From assembly GCF_048593235.1 (NCBI RefSeq), contig NC_133617.1, positions 168,414,937 to 168,478,936 of the forward strand: 64,000 nt of DNA, in the 5' to 3' direction. The number at the start of each line of letters is the position of its first letter. Position 1 is the first letter of the stretch. The notes under the pieces are model-generated. The model had not been told where the DNA came from and ran no database searches. It saw only the letters and a program-made list of their open reading frames with translations. A program made the position numbers and the translations under genes. Origin of the DNA: Sminthopsis crassicaudata (lineage: Eukaryota). Below are positions 1-14,234 of this stretch, piece by piece.

Positions 1-1257
1 GATTCCTTTGATGGATCTGAAGTGACATTCTTTCTATAAGTACAGGAGAAATTTTATATCCTACCACGAGTATAGAACGGAAAAGAACAGTTCTGCCTCC
101 CACCTTGACAGTCTATTTTACCACCACTCTTCATCCAGATGGAGGGAAGAATGCTCTTATGATATATAAGAAGTATACAGCCTCAGCTTATTCAAGGCAT
201 ATTTTGAAGCAGAACAAGAAAAGACTGTCACCTTGAAATGATTATAGCCTTTCCCTTTGGACAGTCACCTGGCAGAAAAGTGTGTTTCTACCAGACTAAA
301 ATTTGTCTGGCCAACTCTTTCAAATGGCTCCTCTATGCCCTTGCCCCTCCCCCTCCTCAACACATCTGTAATCAACACTGCCCAGCATTCTCTGCCAGTC
401 TGTTATGAACACTGCTTTGGGAAGAGGGTCTCTTCTTAGCCAGAAATTCTCACAAGCTTTTTGCAAGTGACCAATAGAGAAAGCCCTGTGTTAAGCTGAA
501 TCTCATTCAATAAAACAGACATGACAACCAATTTGTTAACAATGAAAAGGGACTTTAAACTACATGGACTTGAGGAAGTTTTCTAGTTCAATAAAAACAT
601 AAAAAGACTTCTATAAATTGAGGATATAATTTCAAGCAATAACCCATAACATGCAGACAGACAAACATTTTGGCAGAGAAGATGTAATTAGATTACAGAA
701 CCGCACCTATACAAAGGCCCCATTGGGCATATCTAGCCTAAATTCACATGGGTAGCAGGGAAGGGAGGCACAGAAAGTAAGGAAAGGAAAAGGGGGGAGG
801 AATGAGGGAAAAGAGAGGGAGAAAGTGAGTCTCTCTGACATGGAAGCTGGAGGGTAATGTGATCTTTGACAAAGCTATAAAGAAGGAAAATCCTGTGTCT
901 TCCCTCAATCCTTCCTTATATTCCTGGTCTAATCAAGTTAAATGTAATCATCTTACCTCTTGCTACATCTCTGTAGTCTTATCCTCAGTTCTTTATGAAG
1001 ATTGGAGTTCAATAAAACTTTCTAAGTTCCAAGCACTAGGCCATATTTTAAGGTAATTGGGAATGCTGGCCCCTTTTAGGGGACAAGTCAAGTTTCAATT
1101 GAGGGAGTCCTGCCCTGTTAGCAACACAAATCATTTCCTCAATCTCTCTTTTTAAAAATTGTAAACCATGATTTAATGAGTATAAATTAGTGAATAAAAG
1201 AACAACTTATCATATCAATGCTTTAACTTTTAAACAATGCTTGCTTTGCCAGCAACA

Positions 1258-1785
1258 CAATATTTTTAATTAAAAATGTTTTATTGATGTTCTCTTTCAC
1301 ATTGTTCCTACTTCCCAGCGAATGTCTTACTATTGCCCAGCCAATAGAATTCTTTTCTCCTTTTAAAATTTATTTTCTCAATTAAATTTTCTTTCTTTCA
1401 CCTTCACTCAAGTTGAAAAATGAAAAAAAAAACCCTTTGTAATAGATACACTTAATTAGAAACAAATTCCTGTCTTTTCTTAGCCAAAAATGGATATTTC
1501 ACTCTGCATGTTGAGTTTATCACCTCTCTCTCTCAGAAGGTGGGTAGCAAGCTTAATCATCAGTCCTCTGGCATCAGGTTGCTTCTAATTGATCCTCTGG
1601 AATTATTCACTGATAAGTGAAAAAAATTGTTATTATAGTGTTTTGTCATTGTAAAATTTATTCTCCTGGTTTTGTTCACTTCATGCTGTATGAGTTTACA
1701 TAAGTTTTTCCATGATTTTCTGAAACTATCCCTTTCATCATTTCTTATGGCACAATAGTATTACAGTACAATTAATATATAAGAC
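1258..1785 (-). mobile_element. Old L1 3' end fragment
   Basis: T-rich tail followed by marsupial L1 3'UTR/ORF2-end sequence (ttctcctggttttgttcacttca...catttcttatggcacaatagtatt). Confidence 0.7.
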
Positions 1786-1871
1786 CAAACTCTAATTTAG
1801 AGTGGTTACAGATATCCTCTGGGATTTGATATTATCAACTTGATGTCATCTGTACATGGGAACATCTAGAG

Positions 1872-2055
1872 CAAAGCTTCTTAAACTGTGGGTAGTGGTC
1901 CCATATGGGATTATGTAACTGAATGTTTTTTTCCTTTTTTTGTAAAATTATGTTATAATCAGTAAATGTTTGATATGCATACCTATTTTATGTACTTGTT
2001 TACCAGGAATTATGTAAAAAAGGGGTCGCAAACAGAATAAATTTGGGAAACCCTG
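1872..2055. mobile_element. hAT-Charlie (MER5-like) MITE with perfect 8-bp TSD ATCTAGAG
   Basis: TSD at 1864-1871 and 2056-2063 fits the nTCTAGAn target preference; imperfect TIRs caaagcttcttaaact / aatttgggaaaccctg. Confidence 0.8.
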
Positions 2056-2531
2056 ATCTAGAGAACCTCACTATCCATAGGAAATTATTCAACTTTTTTT
2101 CTTAAAAAAACTAAATCTCCTCCATGACAATGGCAAACATCTATGTCAAGCACATATCTTTCTTGTTTTATGTCTTATATTTATTGTTAGTGAATCAAAT
2201 TACTATTCTTACATTTTTCAAATCTGATCTTGAGTTATGAAAAAGAAATATCCACCTTTTCAAAATATATTTGAAATTTTCACTCTACTGAATTAAAATG
2301 CCCTCTTATAATCAATAAATGATAAATGCAATATGATCTCATATTCTCTAAATCTTTCAATTAATTATAAGATGACAAAAGTGTTGTCCATGATTGAGTA
2401 TTGCTTGAGAAAGTCTTCATTGAGATGTTCTCAATTCATAAAGAAATGTGAATCATACAGATTTTGTACAGATGGGAGAGTAGATAGATCAATTAATTAT
2501 TGATGTTCTCTTGATCACTCTTTTTGCATAT

Positions 2532-2628
2532 TAGACTCATATAATCCCATTAGAATGGGAAGGGACCTCTGAGATTATCTAGTTGAATCCCTTCATTTTA
2601 TGGATGAGGAAACTGGAGCTCAAGGAAG
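2532..2628 (-). mobile_element. MIR-type SINE fragment
   Basis: CORE motif cattttatggatgaggaaactg preceded by gggacctctgagattatctag. Confidence 0.65.
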
Positions 2629-4225
2629 ATAAATATTATGAATCCACTATCCTTGACAGAGAAACCTATTTATTAGAATGTTTTTCTACAAATCAATTGT
2701 TATAGTCCTTTTGTATGGATCCTTAATTAGAATGACAATTATATAACTTACCAAGATATTTTAAAAATATTATTTTTTCCTGTTTCTCTTTGCTTTATGA
2801 GCTGATGTACATAATTGTTCAACATTTCTCTTTGTTGGATTTTAGACATTAGTTTTTATTATAACCTGGGGGTGTATTTAGCAACCATCTCTCTATTTGT
2901 CAGACAGGCCAGATATTTGTTGAGTAAGGCATATGAGCTCTTTTGGTCAATCCATTGGGATAATTAATTTGAGTGGTTTAACTTCTGTATGAAATTACTC
3001 TAGCGCCTATGTTATTTCTTTTTTCCCCACTTTCCAGTTTTGATTTTTAACGACTGATTAAATAACAATTTAGGGTTAAGTCACTTAAATTGTTAAATAT
3101 TTTCCCTATTATTTGTTCATGTTTGATATTGGCTCTGATAAATTGGTCAATTGTGCCAGACAGCTGACTTATGGATAATTCCTATATTAATCACAGGTCT
3201 TTTTCTGTTTGTTAAAATGTAATTACTTTTATTCTATATGCCTTTTTTTCAGGGGAGGGTTGTCTGCTTTATAATTGTCATGGTCAATATCTAAAAGTTC
3301 TTTTTTTGAAGAAAGAGTTGGTGACATTGAAATGAGGGGCTTCTATTTGATCTACAAATATGAATGCATGTTCTAATTTGAAGAGTATTATCATACTCTC
3401 TGTAAAGTCTCTGTACCATATTGTCCTCAGTAACAAAGTTGCTGAGCAAGCTGTATTTATTTTTTATGGTGATTTTTTTAAGCAAATATTTATTACTGCT
3501 GCAAAACATAATGATCAAACCCATTCTGCCAATTCCTTCCTTTACCTTTCCAATAAATGCTTAAGTGCTATCTTTTCATTTAGTTATGCCAGTAAAGTCT
3601 AAGCTTGGGCAGGTTTTTCTATGCTGGAAAGGCTTCAAGAGTGGCTTTAGAAATGAACCTAGTCTATTTCTTGAGGAGCCAGTCCCAGCTAACTCCAGGA
3701 AGCACATAATCCATAGACTGACCTCTTTATGATGAAATGTTTTTTTGGGGGTATGGTAACACATGAGACCAAGACAAATTTGAAATATTCTTCAGTTCTG
3801 TGTGGTCCTTTTCTGCTTCTATAATTATGGCTTCACAATAATGGGGAAAGGGATAGAGAGTGCAAAGAAACATACTCAACCACAACTTTCCTCATGTATT
3901 TGTTAGTCTTCCTACCTAGGCAACTCTGGATCTGCTCAGTTATGATTTGTAGAAATAAATTCAATTTGTAATGTGTTTTTGTCTAAATGCATATTTTGGC
4001 AAAAGTGAAAAAAATGGAAAGAACACTGGATTTGTTAAACACATCAAAAGATGTGTTCTATTTCTGACTCTGAAATCAGTAAGCTACTGTGGATTCCCTA
4101 TAGTTGCTCCATTAAAAATAGTGATAATAATAATTGACAGTGCCTATATCACAGTATAGTTGTGAAGAAGGCATTTTGTAAAAAAAAAAAAAGGCCAAGA
4201 TATTGTCAATTGGTCTTTTTATTTT

Positions 4226-4830
4226 ATGGCAAATAGAAAGGGAAAGAATAGAAGTCATATGAGATTTTATGTTCTTAGGCTCAAAGATCACTGCAGATGG
4301 CAACTGTAGCCATGAAATTAAAAGAAGCTTGTAACTTGGAAAGAAAGCAATGGCAAATCTGAACAATATACTAAAAAGCCAAGACATCACCTTTCTGATA
4401 ATGGTCCATCTAGTTAAAGTTATGATTCTTTCAGTACTAAAATGTGGCTGTGAGAAGTGGACTATAAGGAAAGTTGAGCACTGAAGAATTGATGCTTTCA
4501 AACTGTATACTGGAAAAGTCCCTTGAACTGCAAGAGGATCAAATCAATCAATACTTAAAGAAAATAAGTCAGACTATTCATTGAAAGAACAGATACTGAA
4601 GCTGAAGCTTCAATATTTTGGTTACATGAGAGGATATAGGACTCATTGGAAAAGACTCTGAAAGACTGAAGGCAAAAGAAAAAGGAGATCACAGAGGATG
4701 AGATGGATAGATAATGTCATGAAAGCAATGAATGTGAACTTAGATAGACTTTGGGAAATGGCAAAAAATAGTCTGGTGTACTATATTCCATCAAGTCTTA
4801 TAGAGTCAGAAATAGCTGAATAACAAAACA
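4226..4830 (+). mobile_element. BovB-like RTE LINE 3' end (decayed ORF C-terminus plus tail)
   Basis: Frame with stops: WQIE...DFMFLGSKITADGNCSHEIKRSL*LGKKAMANLNNILKSQDIT...CGCEKWTIRKVEH*RIDAFKL, matching the BovB/RTE C-terminus; ends gagtcaga...gctgaataacaaaac. Confidence 0.85.
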
Positions 4831-4879
4831 CATAAGTGTTTTTAAAATTGTAATTTAAAATTGCAAATAATATTGTAGA

Positions 4880-5012
4880 TTATATTTCATGACATTTCAT
4901 CTCATTTTATATCATACTGTAACATCATATTACTTTATCATATATCACATCATAACATCATATATTATTGCATCATGTCTTAAATATTAAATCATATCAT
5001 ATTTTATTATAT
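4880..5012. repeat. Degenerate (CATAT/ATCAT)n low-complexity tract
   Basis: Repeated catat/atcat units. Confidence 0.55.
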
Positions 5013-6794
5013 TCTTTCTTTTAATTTTCAGGCCAAAAAATTCTTATCTACTTGTAAATAATTTTAGTCTAATTCACCAGAAAAATATAAGAAAAAAATA
5101 AGCTGCTTTTATCATGTGACTTTTCTGCCTAATAATCTCAGACACTTTCTCCTGTAGCATCAAATTAAGATTCTTTGGCTTGATATTCAAAGACTTTAAT
5201 AACTGTTATCTTTACCTAGTTTACTTTGTTTCATTATTTTTCCATTCAGATCTCTGCTATAGTGAAGTTTATTTCCCTATTTTCCCTCATATCTCTTGCT
5301 TATTCCCAAATCATGTATTTGTTATTCCCCTTATTTTGATTGCCCTCTCATATTTGCTTTAGAAATATTGAAACTTACTTTCTCCACCATCTTGCCTGAC
5401 TTGACTGCATGCTGATAATTCATTTAATCTGTATTGCCTTAACTTTGATATGTCTGTAGAAGGTCCATCTCTCATTGGAGAGATTTTAAAGATCCACAAG
5501 AATGGAAAAAACTATATATCAATTCTTTGAATAGCTGCCTATTTTCTTTTTTCCCAAGTCCTCATTTTTTTAATGTTCTACCAAATCTTTTCTCAAATAA
5601 ATTCTAATTTATTTAACTTATCTCAAATCAAGTGAATAATCTTAAAGCAATTGTACCATACACTTTGCTAAGCACTAAAGATATACAGAAAGAGAAGGGG
5701 AAGGAGCTCACAATTTTATAAGGGAAACAACTATCTACAAACAAGATATGTACAGAATAATATCTCCAACTAAAAAAGAATGATAATGTCTTTTAAAGAA
5801 TAAGGAATGTGCTTCACAAATAATATTCTAATAAAATTAAGAACAGAAGAGGAAAAAATTTCATAGATATAATGAAATGATATTCCCTAGAATTGTCCTG
5901 ATGGATCATAACCAGCTGTATGAAATAGTTGAAGGTCAAATGTGTTATTTGTTTGTATTATAAACCTGACAATATTTCCTCTATAAGCCTCTGCCATGTC
6001 TTATTTCTTTGTCACAATGGAAAATGTCAATAAATTAGTGTTTTACTCGTGTCTATTAGTGATTTTTAGTAGATTTTAGTAGATTCAATGGATTGATTTC
6101 CCAAGTAAGAAAGTTTAACAAATAAGCAATTACTTCTAGTTCAGTGTCATTGGAAAGTCTCTTGTGGAGTATCAAAAGGCTCTGGTGGCATGAAATTAAT
6201 ACTGAATTCCTAAAGATCATTCCATCATATGTGTAGCAATGTCTTATGCATAGTGAATGCTTTAATAAATGCTTCTTGAATGAAATTGGCAGGGCCCACC
6301 ACTTTCATTATAGGACCAGAATCAGACTGTATACCTTATCTGAGGATCAATCTAGATAGCTTCAAAAAATCTTATTTTGAGGATAAAACATTTACAAAGA
6401 CCATTGACCAAGATGAAGAAAGATTGTGATCTGCATTAGTGGAGGGATCATGTACAATAACAAAAATCATAGGTCCTTTAATTATTCTATAATATTGTAA
6501 AGAGTTCAGAGAGGAAAATTTCTTGTGAGTGGGTGACCAAGGAATCTTCATGGAGAAGCTGAGTTTTGAAAGTACACTGTATTAAGATGAGCAAGTGAGA
6601 AGGGCAAGTTCATTCTAGGCAGATTTGAGCAAAGACTCAGAAACAGTAAAAAGTTGTTTCAGAGACAGTGGACATGCAAGTTTCTTTAGAATATTGACAC
6701 TTTATTTGTTATTAAGGTTCACATAGGGGGATAATTGAAATTTAGAATGGAAAGGGTAGTTGAGATAAGGTTGTAGAGGGCTGTACAATTTAAA

Positions 6795-6940
6795 AATCTA
6801 TAGTATCATGTTTGATTTTCATAGCAACCTTATGAAGTAAGTGCTATTATCCCCATTTTAAGTTGAGGAAACTGTACTGAAGATCACACAGTTATTAAGT
6901 ATTTGAGGCCAGATTTTGAATTTAAGTTTTCCTGACTATT
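6795..6940 (-). mobile_element. MIR-type SINE
   Basis: tattatccccattttaagttgaggaaactg CORE plus gatcacacag...tttgaatttaagttttcctgact. Confidence 0.7.
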
Positions 6941-7808
6941 TCAGATAATGACAAAAGTATGTAAGGCATGGAAAAAAAAATCCATACCAACAGTTCATTA
7001 ACTCTCTTTTGGAAGAAGCCAATCCATCCTTTATACCCTGTTTCGAATCCTACCACCTCCATGAAATCCCTCATGCTCCCAGCCAGAAGTTACTTCTTCC
7101 TCCTATTGTCTTTGTTATTGTAGAATAATGGAAACCTTATCTCATTGTCCATTCCTGGCTGGTGCTTTTATATCCTATTTCTTATTATAGGCAACAAAGC
7201 ATAGTAGACAGAGCTAGATGAGGAGCCAGCCTGTGATAAATTCTGTTTATGTAGCCCTAGGCAAATTACTTGATCGGTTATTACCTGAGGCAACTCTAAT
7301 ACTATAGTTTTAATGATCAACAAAAGCAGACAAAATTTACTCATTTGGGAGTTCCATAAATTAATGAAGTCATAGTTGTAGTCTCTAATCCAATCCCTAT
7401 TAGAGGCCTTTCCAGCCTAATGCCATTAAATGGCATTAATAGTAATTAGATCAATTCATTTCTGTAGCACTATATGATTTACAAAATGCTTTCTTCACAA
7501 TTACTCTGTGATATAGGTGATATCAGTTATTGTTACCAACATTTTTCATGAAACAACTATAGAGAACTCACAGTAGCTTGATGATTGTCAGAGACAGCAA
7601 TAGGACACATGTCCTTTGACTGCTTTGCAGAGAAATCACTGATGAATTCACATAATAGATCCTTTTCTTAGGACTACCTAGCCACAGAGAGGAGAAGGTC
7701 CTCAGGTGTCTCTCCCTTAGTCTTTCATCAGACTCCATGAATAAGCAGAGTAAACTGAGGTGAGAGAGAGTTGACAGCAAACCAATTAAGACCTTTTGAA
7801 TTCTTCCA

Positions 7809-7915
7809 CAATCAGTCAGTAAGCATTTATTAAGCACTTACCTACTTTGTGCCAAGCATTGAACTAAGTGCTAGGGTTAGAAAAATAGGCATAAGACAGT
7901 CCCCGAACTCCAGGA
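7809..7915 (-). mobile_element. L2 3' end fragment
   Basis: caatcagtcagtaagcatttattaagcacttac...tgtgccaagc is the typical L2 tail, reverse orientation. Confidence 0.7.
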
Positions 7916-10659
7916 AATCCAGCCCAAAAGCCCCTCATTCACCAAGTAATCTAGAATGAGATTACTAACAGAATTACAGAATGTCTGTGCCCCACAGTTT
8001 CTTCAAGGCAATTCCCTTACACAGTATTACAACTCTCCTGGAAGCAATCACCTTAATTTCTCCTTAGGTGGTGGGGGAGGAGAGGCTGTATCAGTGGAAC
8101 ATACTAATGCTTTCAGCCCATGCACAGGAACCCTGTTATACTTCATTGTCCTAAAAAAAAGTCTGATTCTTACGCTACCATTCCTGTCTGGACAGAATTC
8201 AAGAGTCTTTCTAACTGTTTCCCAAGAGCTATTTATGAACTCTATTAGACATGAGAATGTCAAATTCATTCTGGGTTTCATGGTGCTTAAAGGTATCTGG
8301 ATTAGGAAGACATAAGTAATGTTTGATATATTGTAGTCCATGTTCTTTTCTTAACAATTGTTCACCTAAAGAGCTTGTTGGGAGATTTTTTGGGCAGGTT
8401 GGGAAATATTGAAGCAATCTTCATCTAGGTGGTGATAGAGATAGAGCAGAAACTATAGATTAGCTCCTTTAATCTTCCTCTGCCTTAGTTCTCTTATCTC
8501 TATTATGGATGTTAAGGTTAATACATTCGCTATCTACTTCACAATATTTTTTTTTGAGAATCAAGCAAGATGAGATGTGTAATATATACTGTAAATTGTA
8601 AATTGCTATACAAATGAAAAGTATTATTTTAAAATACAGATACAATTCTATATCTGCATAAGATCAGTGAATCTTCCATTATTGTTATTAAATAATATTA
8701 TTATCACTGACAATAACAATAGTTAGGATTTATATAGCACTTTAAGATTTGCAAAGTACTTTACACATTATTTTATTTGATGGTAATTCATAGAGGTATC
8801 ATAGTATGAACCTATGATTCTAAATTGAGAGCTGAACTTAATGTCAATAAGACTAGAATTTGAAGCATGGTTATGACATTTATTAGCTACATGACTCTAA
8901 ACAAACAACTTAATGAATATGTTCAATTCCTTGGGACTTATCTACTAAGTTACTGAGGGGTTTCAATCCATATTGCTGAAGAGAGTCCTCATACCAGGAG
9001 ATGTCTACATTGATCACATTACAAATTCTTTGTGTCTTCACACAATAATTTATATTTAATACAATTTGATGTAAGAAGACAGGCACTACCCAGATGTTGG
9101 TTCCTTCCTCACACGGAAAATTAAATATTCATAAACAATTAATATATTTATCTCCAGAATAATAGCCAGCATAGAAAAATCATGAGACTTAGAGGTAGGA
9201 TACCTGCATTTTAACTCCATTTTGGTGGCTCCTTCAGTAAGTAATTTTCCCACCTTCTGAGTTTTAATTTCCTCCTTTCTAAAATAAGAGTAATGACACT
9301 TGGCACTAAATAACTCAATGAGTTGTGAGGGAAAGAAACTTTACAAAATCTGAAGTACAACATACATGCAAAATATCACTACTAATAACAATAGTAGTAA
9401 ATCTCATTTTACTTCTACTATCCAAAATTCAGTTTGAAAAAAAAATAAGTTCATTGCCAATTTACTCTAATAATGTATTTTTTAATTTTTTGTTTCAATA
9501 TAGTACACTAAGAAGGAAAGAAGCTGTGATACATTCCCTTTCCCAATACTCCATTTTTTTTCAGTACCAGCACACTGTTTAAAGAGCTTTATCAATTGTC
9601 AAGTCACTGACTTTTCGCAGTACAGCTTAACAACTGAGTTCATTGTCAGTGTCCTAAACAATGTTGAGTTCATACATAATGTTATCTTTTGGATTATGAA
9701 ATCATACACTGAAACACAGGTATGTGAAGTGACCTGAATCTATTCAACACATACAAGATTATTATCTTGGTAGCAATTAGCTCAAAAGGTAGCCAGAAAT
9801 TAACTAGTGTCCTGTTATAGCAGAGACATTTAGAGGCTACTATTCACATTCCTTTCTGTTAGCTGTTTTTTTTTTTTTTTTAAACAGTCTATCTCTCTGT
9901 CTTATTTTAATGGTTTAAGATGGATGGAATTTTAATTGTACAGATGTATCAGATACTCTGGAAGGAAACCAGATCTATCCCCATTAGAGTTTTGTTGAAG
10001 TTTCATGTAACAGGAATGAATGCAAATCAATTATCACATATTTCATTATGACCGGAGAAAACAAACAGTGTCAATATTTGTTTCCAGAACTCTTTCAATT
10101 TTTAGAAAAGCCTTTACAAAGTCATGTCAGGCTAAATAAAACCCCATGAAGAGCATCTCAGAGTTCAGCAAAGATCATAGAATGTTCTAGCCTAGAAGTC
10201 ACAAGAGTTTCAATATCTTAAATATGTTACTATGTGAAAATTTTCTGATTAAATTTTTTCACGCTTATGGAGACTGTCATGGAAAGTAAATTTTAATCTG
10301 TTTATCTCTATTTATAATGACTACCTTCAAATTTAGTCTCATTTACTGCTGAAAAATAAAGTGTCCATTTGAAAAGAATGCAGTCTTTTCATATATTGAG
10401 ATTGCTATATTCTGAGATCAGTATGGCTGGATGCATTTTTGGAGATTAGCATGGATCACATTTTTCTCCTATACTGGCTAAGCATGTAAAATTAACCACT
10501 GAATGTCAGAGGTTTATCTGCTCAGTAAACATGGGAGTGCTTCAGTAATGATTCCTGACACTCTAAGGAATGTCTCTCCCCCACATCACCAAATTTCTTT
10601 TTCTTAAGAGGAAAGGCAGATCAAAGAATCTAAAAGTTTGTATAGAGTTCAGAAGTCAT

Positions 10660-10840
10660 TTAGTTCTCAACAGAGAACTGTCTACGATATTTCTAATACC
10701 CAGTCAGTTGTCTAGCCACTTTTTTACAAACCATTACCTCCCAAGGCAGCCCATCCAACTTTGAGATAGTTTTACTTGTTAGCAAGTTTTTCTTTATATT
10801 AAGCCAAACATCTGTCTGTCTTCAAATTCTACCCATTATG
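10660..10840 (-). mobile_element. L3/CR1 3' fragment
   Basis: ttacctcccaaggcagcccatccaactt...ttgttagcaagtttttctttatatt. Confidence 0.55.
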
Positions 10841-10842
10841 AT

Positions 10843-11020
10843 AGGGCAGCATAATTTATGGGACAGAGTACCAGACTTGCAATTAGAAAAACCTAGATTC
10901 AAATTTCACCTCAGATAATTTCTGTAATCCTGGGCAAGCCACTTAATCTCTTTGGCCCTCAGTTTCCTTAATTGTAAAATAGGGGGTTTTGAAGTTGATT
11001 GCCTCTCTAAATCTATAATC
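10843..11020 (+). mobile_element. MIR-type SINE
   Basis: tRNA-like head, then ctgggcaagccacttaatctc...cctcagtttccttaattgtaaaat CORE. Confidence 0.7.
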
Positions 11021-11439
11021 AGTTCTACTTTCTGAGACCAAGCATAATAAGGCTTATCACTGTTCCACCTAACAGCTCTAAAAATACTTGAATAAATCCA
11101 TCATGTCCTCCCTAATGGCATGTTCTCTAGTTCTCTCACCAACCTGGTCTTCCCCTTCTGTATCAATATTATTAATACTTATGTATTATCCTTCGTCCTA
11201 AAAAATAAATTAAATTACACCAGCCAAGTGAGAATAGATTTTGGTTTAGAGGGATATAGGAGAAAGTATCTTACAGATCCACTAGCAAAGTAAAAATACT
11301 ACGAGTAAATGTTATTAGATTTATATCTCACATTTAATTTTCTGTTATAATTTGTAATGGGGAAGTATAATCTGTCAGCATAGATCATGGAAATTCACCC
11401 GTGATACAGAAACCACAAATAATCTCAGTCTCATAATAT

Positions 11440-11900
11440 TAATATCACAGAATCTCCTCAGAGGTCATCTAATTTAACCTGTTCCTGAACAATGATCCTG
11501 ACATAACTGACAAGTGGTCAACTAGCTTTACTAGACCATTAGTGAAGGGGAACATATAACTTTCCAAGGCAGTTCAATCTGTATAGGTATAATTTTAATT
11601 GTTAAAAGGTTTTTCCTCACATCTAGCCCAAATCTTCCTTTTTGCATCTTCTAGCCATTGCAATTAAATTATCCCTTTGTGGCCAAGTTAAATGAGTCTA
11701 AGGTCTTCTCCATGTGTTTCTCTTCAACTGCTTGAAGATAGTCATCAAATGGTCTCCTAAGTTTTCTTTTGTCCATTTTTAGCATCCCCATTTACTTCAA
11801 TTATATGATACCTTCCATCTTCCTGGTTGCCCCTTTCTGATCACTATCTAGCTTAGCAATGGCCTTTGTACAATATAGTGCCCCTAACTGAATACAGTTC
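11440..11900 (-). mobile_element. L3/CR1 fragment
   Basis: cagaggtcatctaatttaacc...ttccaaggcagttcaatc...ccctaactgaatacagttc. Confidence 0.55.
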
Positions 11901-14098
11901 TTCAGGGAAAGATGTTGTGAAAATCAAATGAAATAATAGACATAAAATACTTTGCAAACTATAAGATGCTATATAAATTTATCAACATATCATGATCATG
12001 ATCATCATAATTATCAATTATCGTTAGACTATGTCACCAAGCTTCTAATTTTCTAATGATTTTATGCCCTGAGTCTTCTACTGAATTCCTGCTGAACTTA
12101 AGCAATATTTTTGGAGAAATACAGGAATATGATGGGAAATGTTGAACAACTGGACTCTCAGGGGAAAAATATATTCATATACACATATTTCTAAGTTTAA
12201 ATATGCTTTATTAACACTGTTATATAATGAGGTCTCTCCTCCATATGTAGAGTGAGGTTGGGGTGGAGATGGAGATCATTGTATATGATCTTTTAATATC
12301 AGTCAGAAAAGGAAGCACAAGGTTGAAACCAGAAGCTTACCCACTGTGCTTTTCTCAGAAAGTCCTTGGTTTAAATTATACATGTATGTATAATTATATG
12401 TACATATATACATACATACACACATGTATATATATATAATTCTGCTCTCTTAATATTGTTATTAGTCTGGGATATGTGGTTTGTAGATTCAAGTTCAATT
12501 TCCTATTACTATTAATGGGGAAATGAGGACCCCACGATTTTTATTCAAGGCATGACTTCCTCCCACCTAATAACACTTTCAAAATGAACACAGTATAGCA
12601 ACTAGAAAAGAAATTATTTATCCAAATCAGTAGCAAAATAATAGAAAAAAGTAAAAATAAGAGAATATATACCAGTTGGAGCCAGAAATGCCTGAAGCAA
12701 CTGCATAGTTCAAGGAGATTGAAGAAGCTCAAAGAGATTGAAGAAAATGGAACTTCTTTTACTTTGTTCTTGCCAACTTCACCCTGTCCCTTAAGCAGGC
12801 ATGGGGCATTCATCTGCACCAATGATAACAGTCTCATACTAACGGGATTGGAACTCAAGTTATACTTAAGTCTAGACAATCAACAAAAACATAAATGAAT
12901 CCCTGATTTGTATTGATGTCTAATTTTTGAGTTCTGAATGCTCACACTAAAACTTTAACAATGGGCTTTTATAAGCAGGTTATAGCTAGCTCTGTGCACC
13001 TCCCTCTCTAAATCCCACCCTGAATCCCCAGCTTCAAGTTCAATCTAACTAAAGCAGCATACTCTAGACTTCCACTTACACATTCAAGATATTTTGCTCC
13101 TCAATGCAGTCTAAAGTCCAGTTGGCTTTTGGGCTATGACTTGTAGTCAAATAACCCACAATCTCAGTCTCATTTCCCACAAAAACAAAACCCTATATAG
13201 TCAACTTCTCCAATGTTTTTATTATGAAGTTTAATTTTTTGAACCCAAGTGTAAAATTTTGTATTTACTTATGTTTTTGTCACTGGCAGTCTCTTCTGTT
13301 TGAATCTAGCAATCCTGAGGTATGCCCTGTTTCTAGAGTTTAGAACCAAATGATCTGCTTTATAAACAAAAAAATGGTAATTTGTTTACTTTGTCATGGG
13401 AACTTGTGATTTTTCTCAAATGCCAGTTCCAGTATTTTTCTCCCATGGTTGACCCACATGCTTATAAGAGTTTTTATGTGGATAACATTTAGTGGCTCTT
13501 AATATTTACCATTCTGAAAAATACATATTTCTACCAACCCTTTAGGAATCAAGAAAATAAGACTATTTTTAAGACAGGGTAGATAAGGCTATAACTACAG
13601 TTGGGTATGTAGGAGAATTATTCTACCTGGAAATAATCAGGCTAGAAGTTTTCCCTTACCAATCTGCTAAATTTTTATATACCCCAAATAACTTGTGGAT
13701 CCCCATTTGTGTAAAATAAGTGCAGATGACTTTGAGATGAATATAAGTGGTCTCTGAAAGTTTAACTGAATGTTTCCTTTGTATCTGATTATTTTTAAAC
13801 TATAAATTGTAATCTTAAAAATAATAAATGAAATTATTTTTCTAGTTAGGTTTCACATTTTTTGTTCTGGGAACTAGAGTATCTGGATCGGTTGTAATGT
13901 TGTTGAATGGAGATATTATTAAAGAAGCTCTTTCTTCTAATGCAGACCTACAACTATTCTGGAATTTATAAAGTTAGAGAATTTTTTGTGGCACTGATCT
14001 CAGAAGTTTAGTGACTTGTCAGGGTCCACAGAGTCAATATGATATAGGTATGTGTCGGAGATGTTACATGAACCACAGAGTTAAAATTTATAATTAAA

Positions 14099-14234
14099 NN
14101 NNNNNNNNNNNNNNNNNNNNNNNNNNNNNNNNNNNNNNNNNNNNNNNNNNNNNNNNNNNNNNNNNNNNNNNNNNNNNNNNNNNNNNNNNNNNNNNNNNNN
14201 NNNNNNNNNNNNNNNNNNNNNNNNNNNNNNNNNN
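14099..14234. other. Assembly gap (136 N)
   Basis: Run of N. Confidence 1.

Noticed and set aside
1120-1260. 10-bp direct repeat agcaacacaa 131 bp apart as a possible TSD
   Set aside because: 10-mer repeats at this spacing are expected several times by chance in 64 kb, and the interior has no tail or TIR
4112-4501. 129-aa minus-strand ORF
   Set aside because: Antisense frame of the decayed BovB/RTE element
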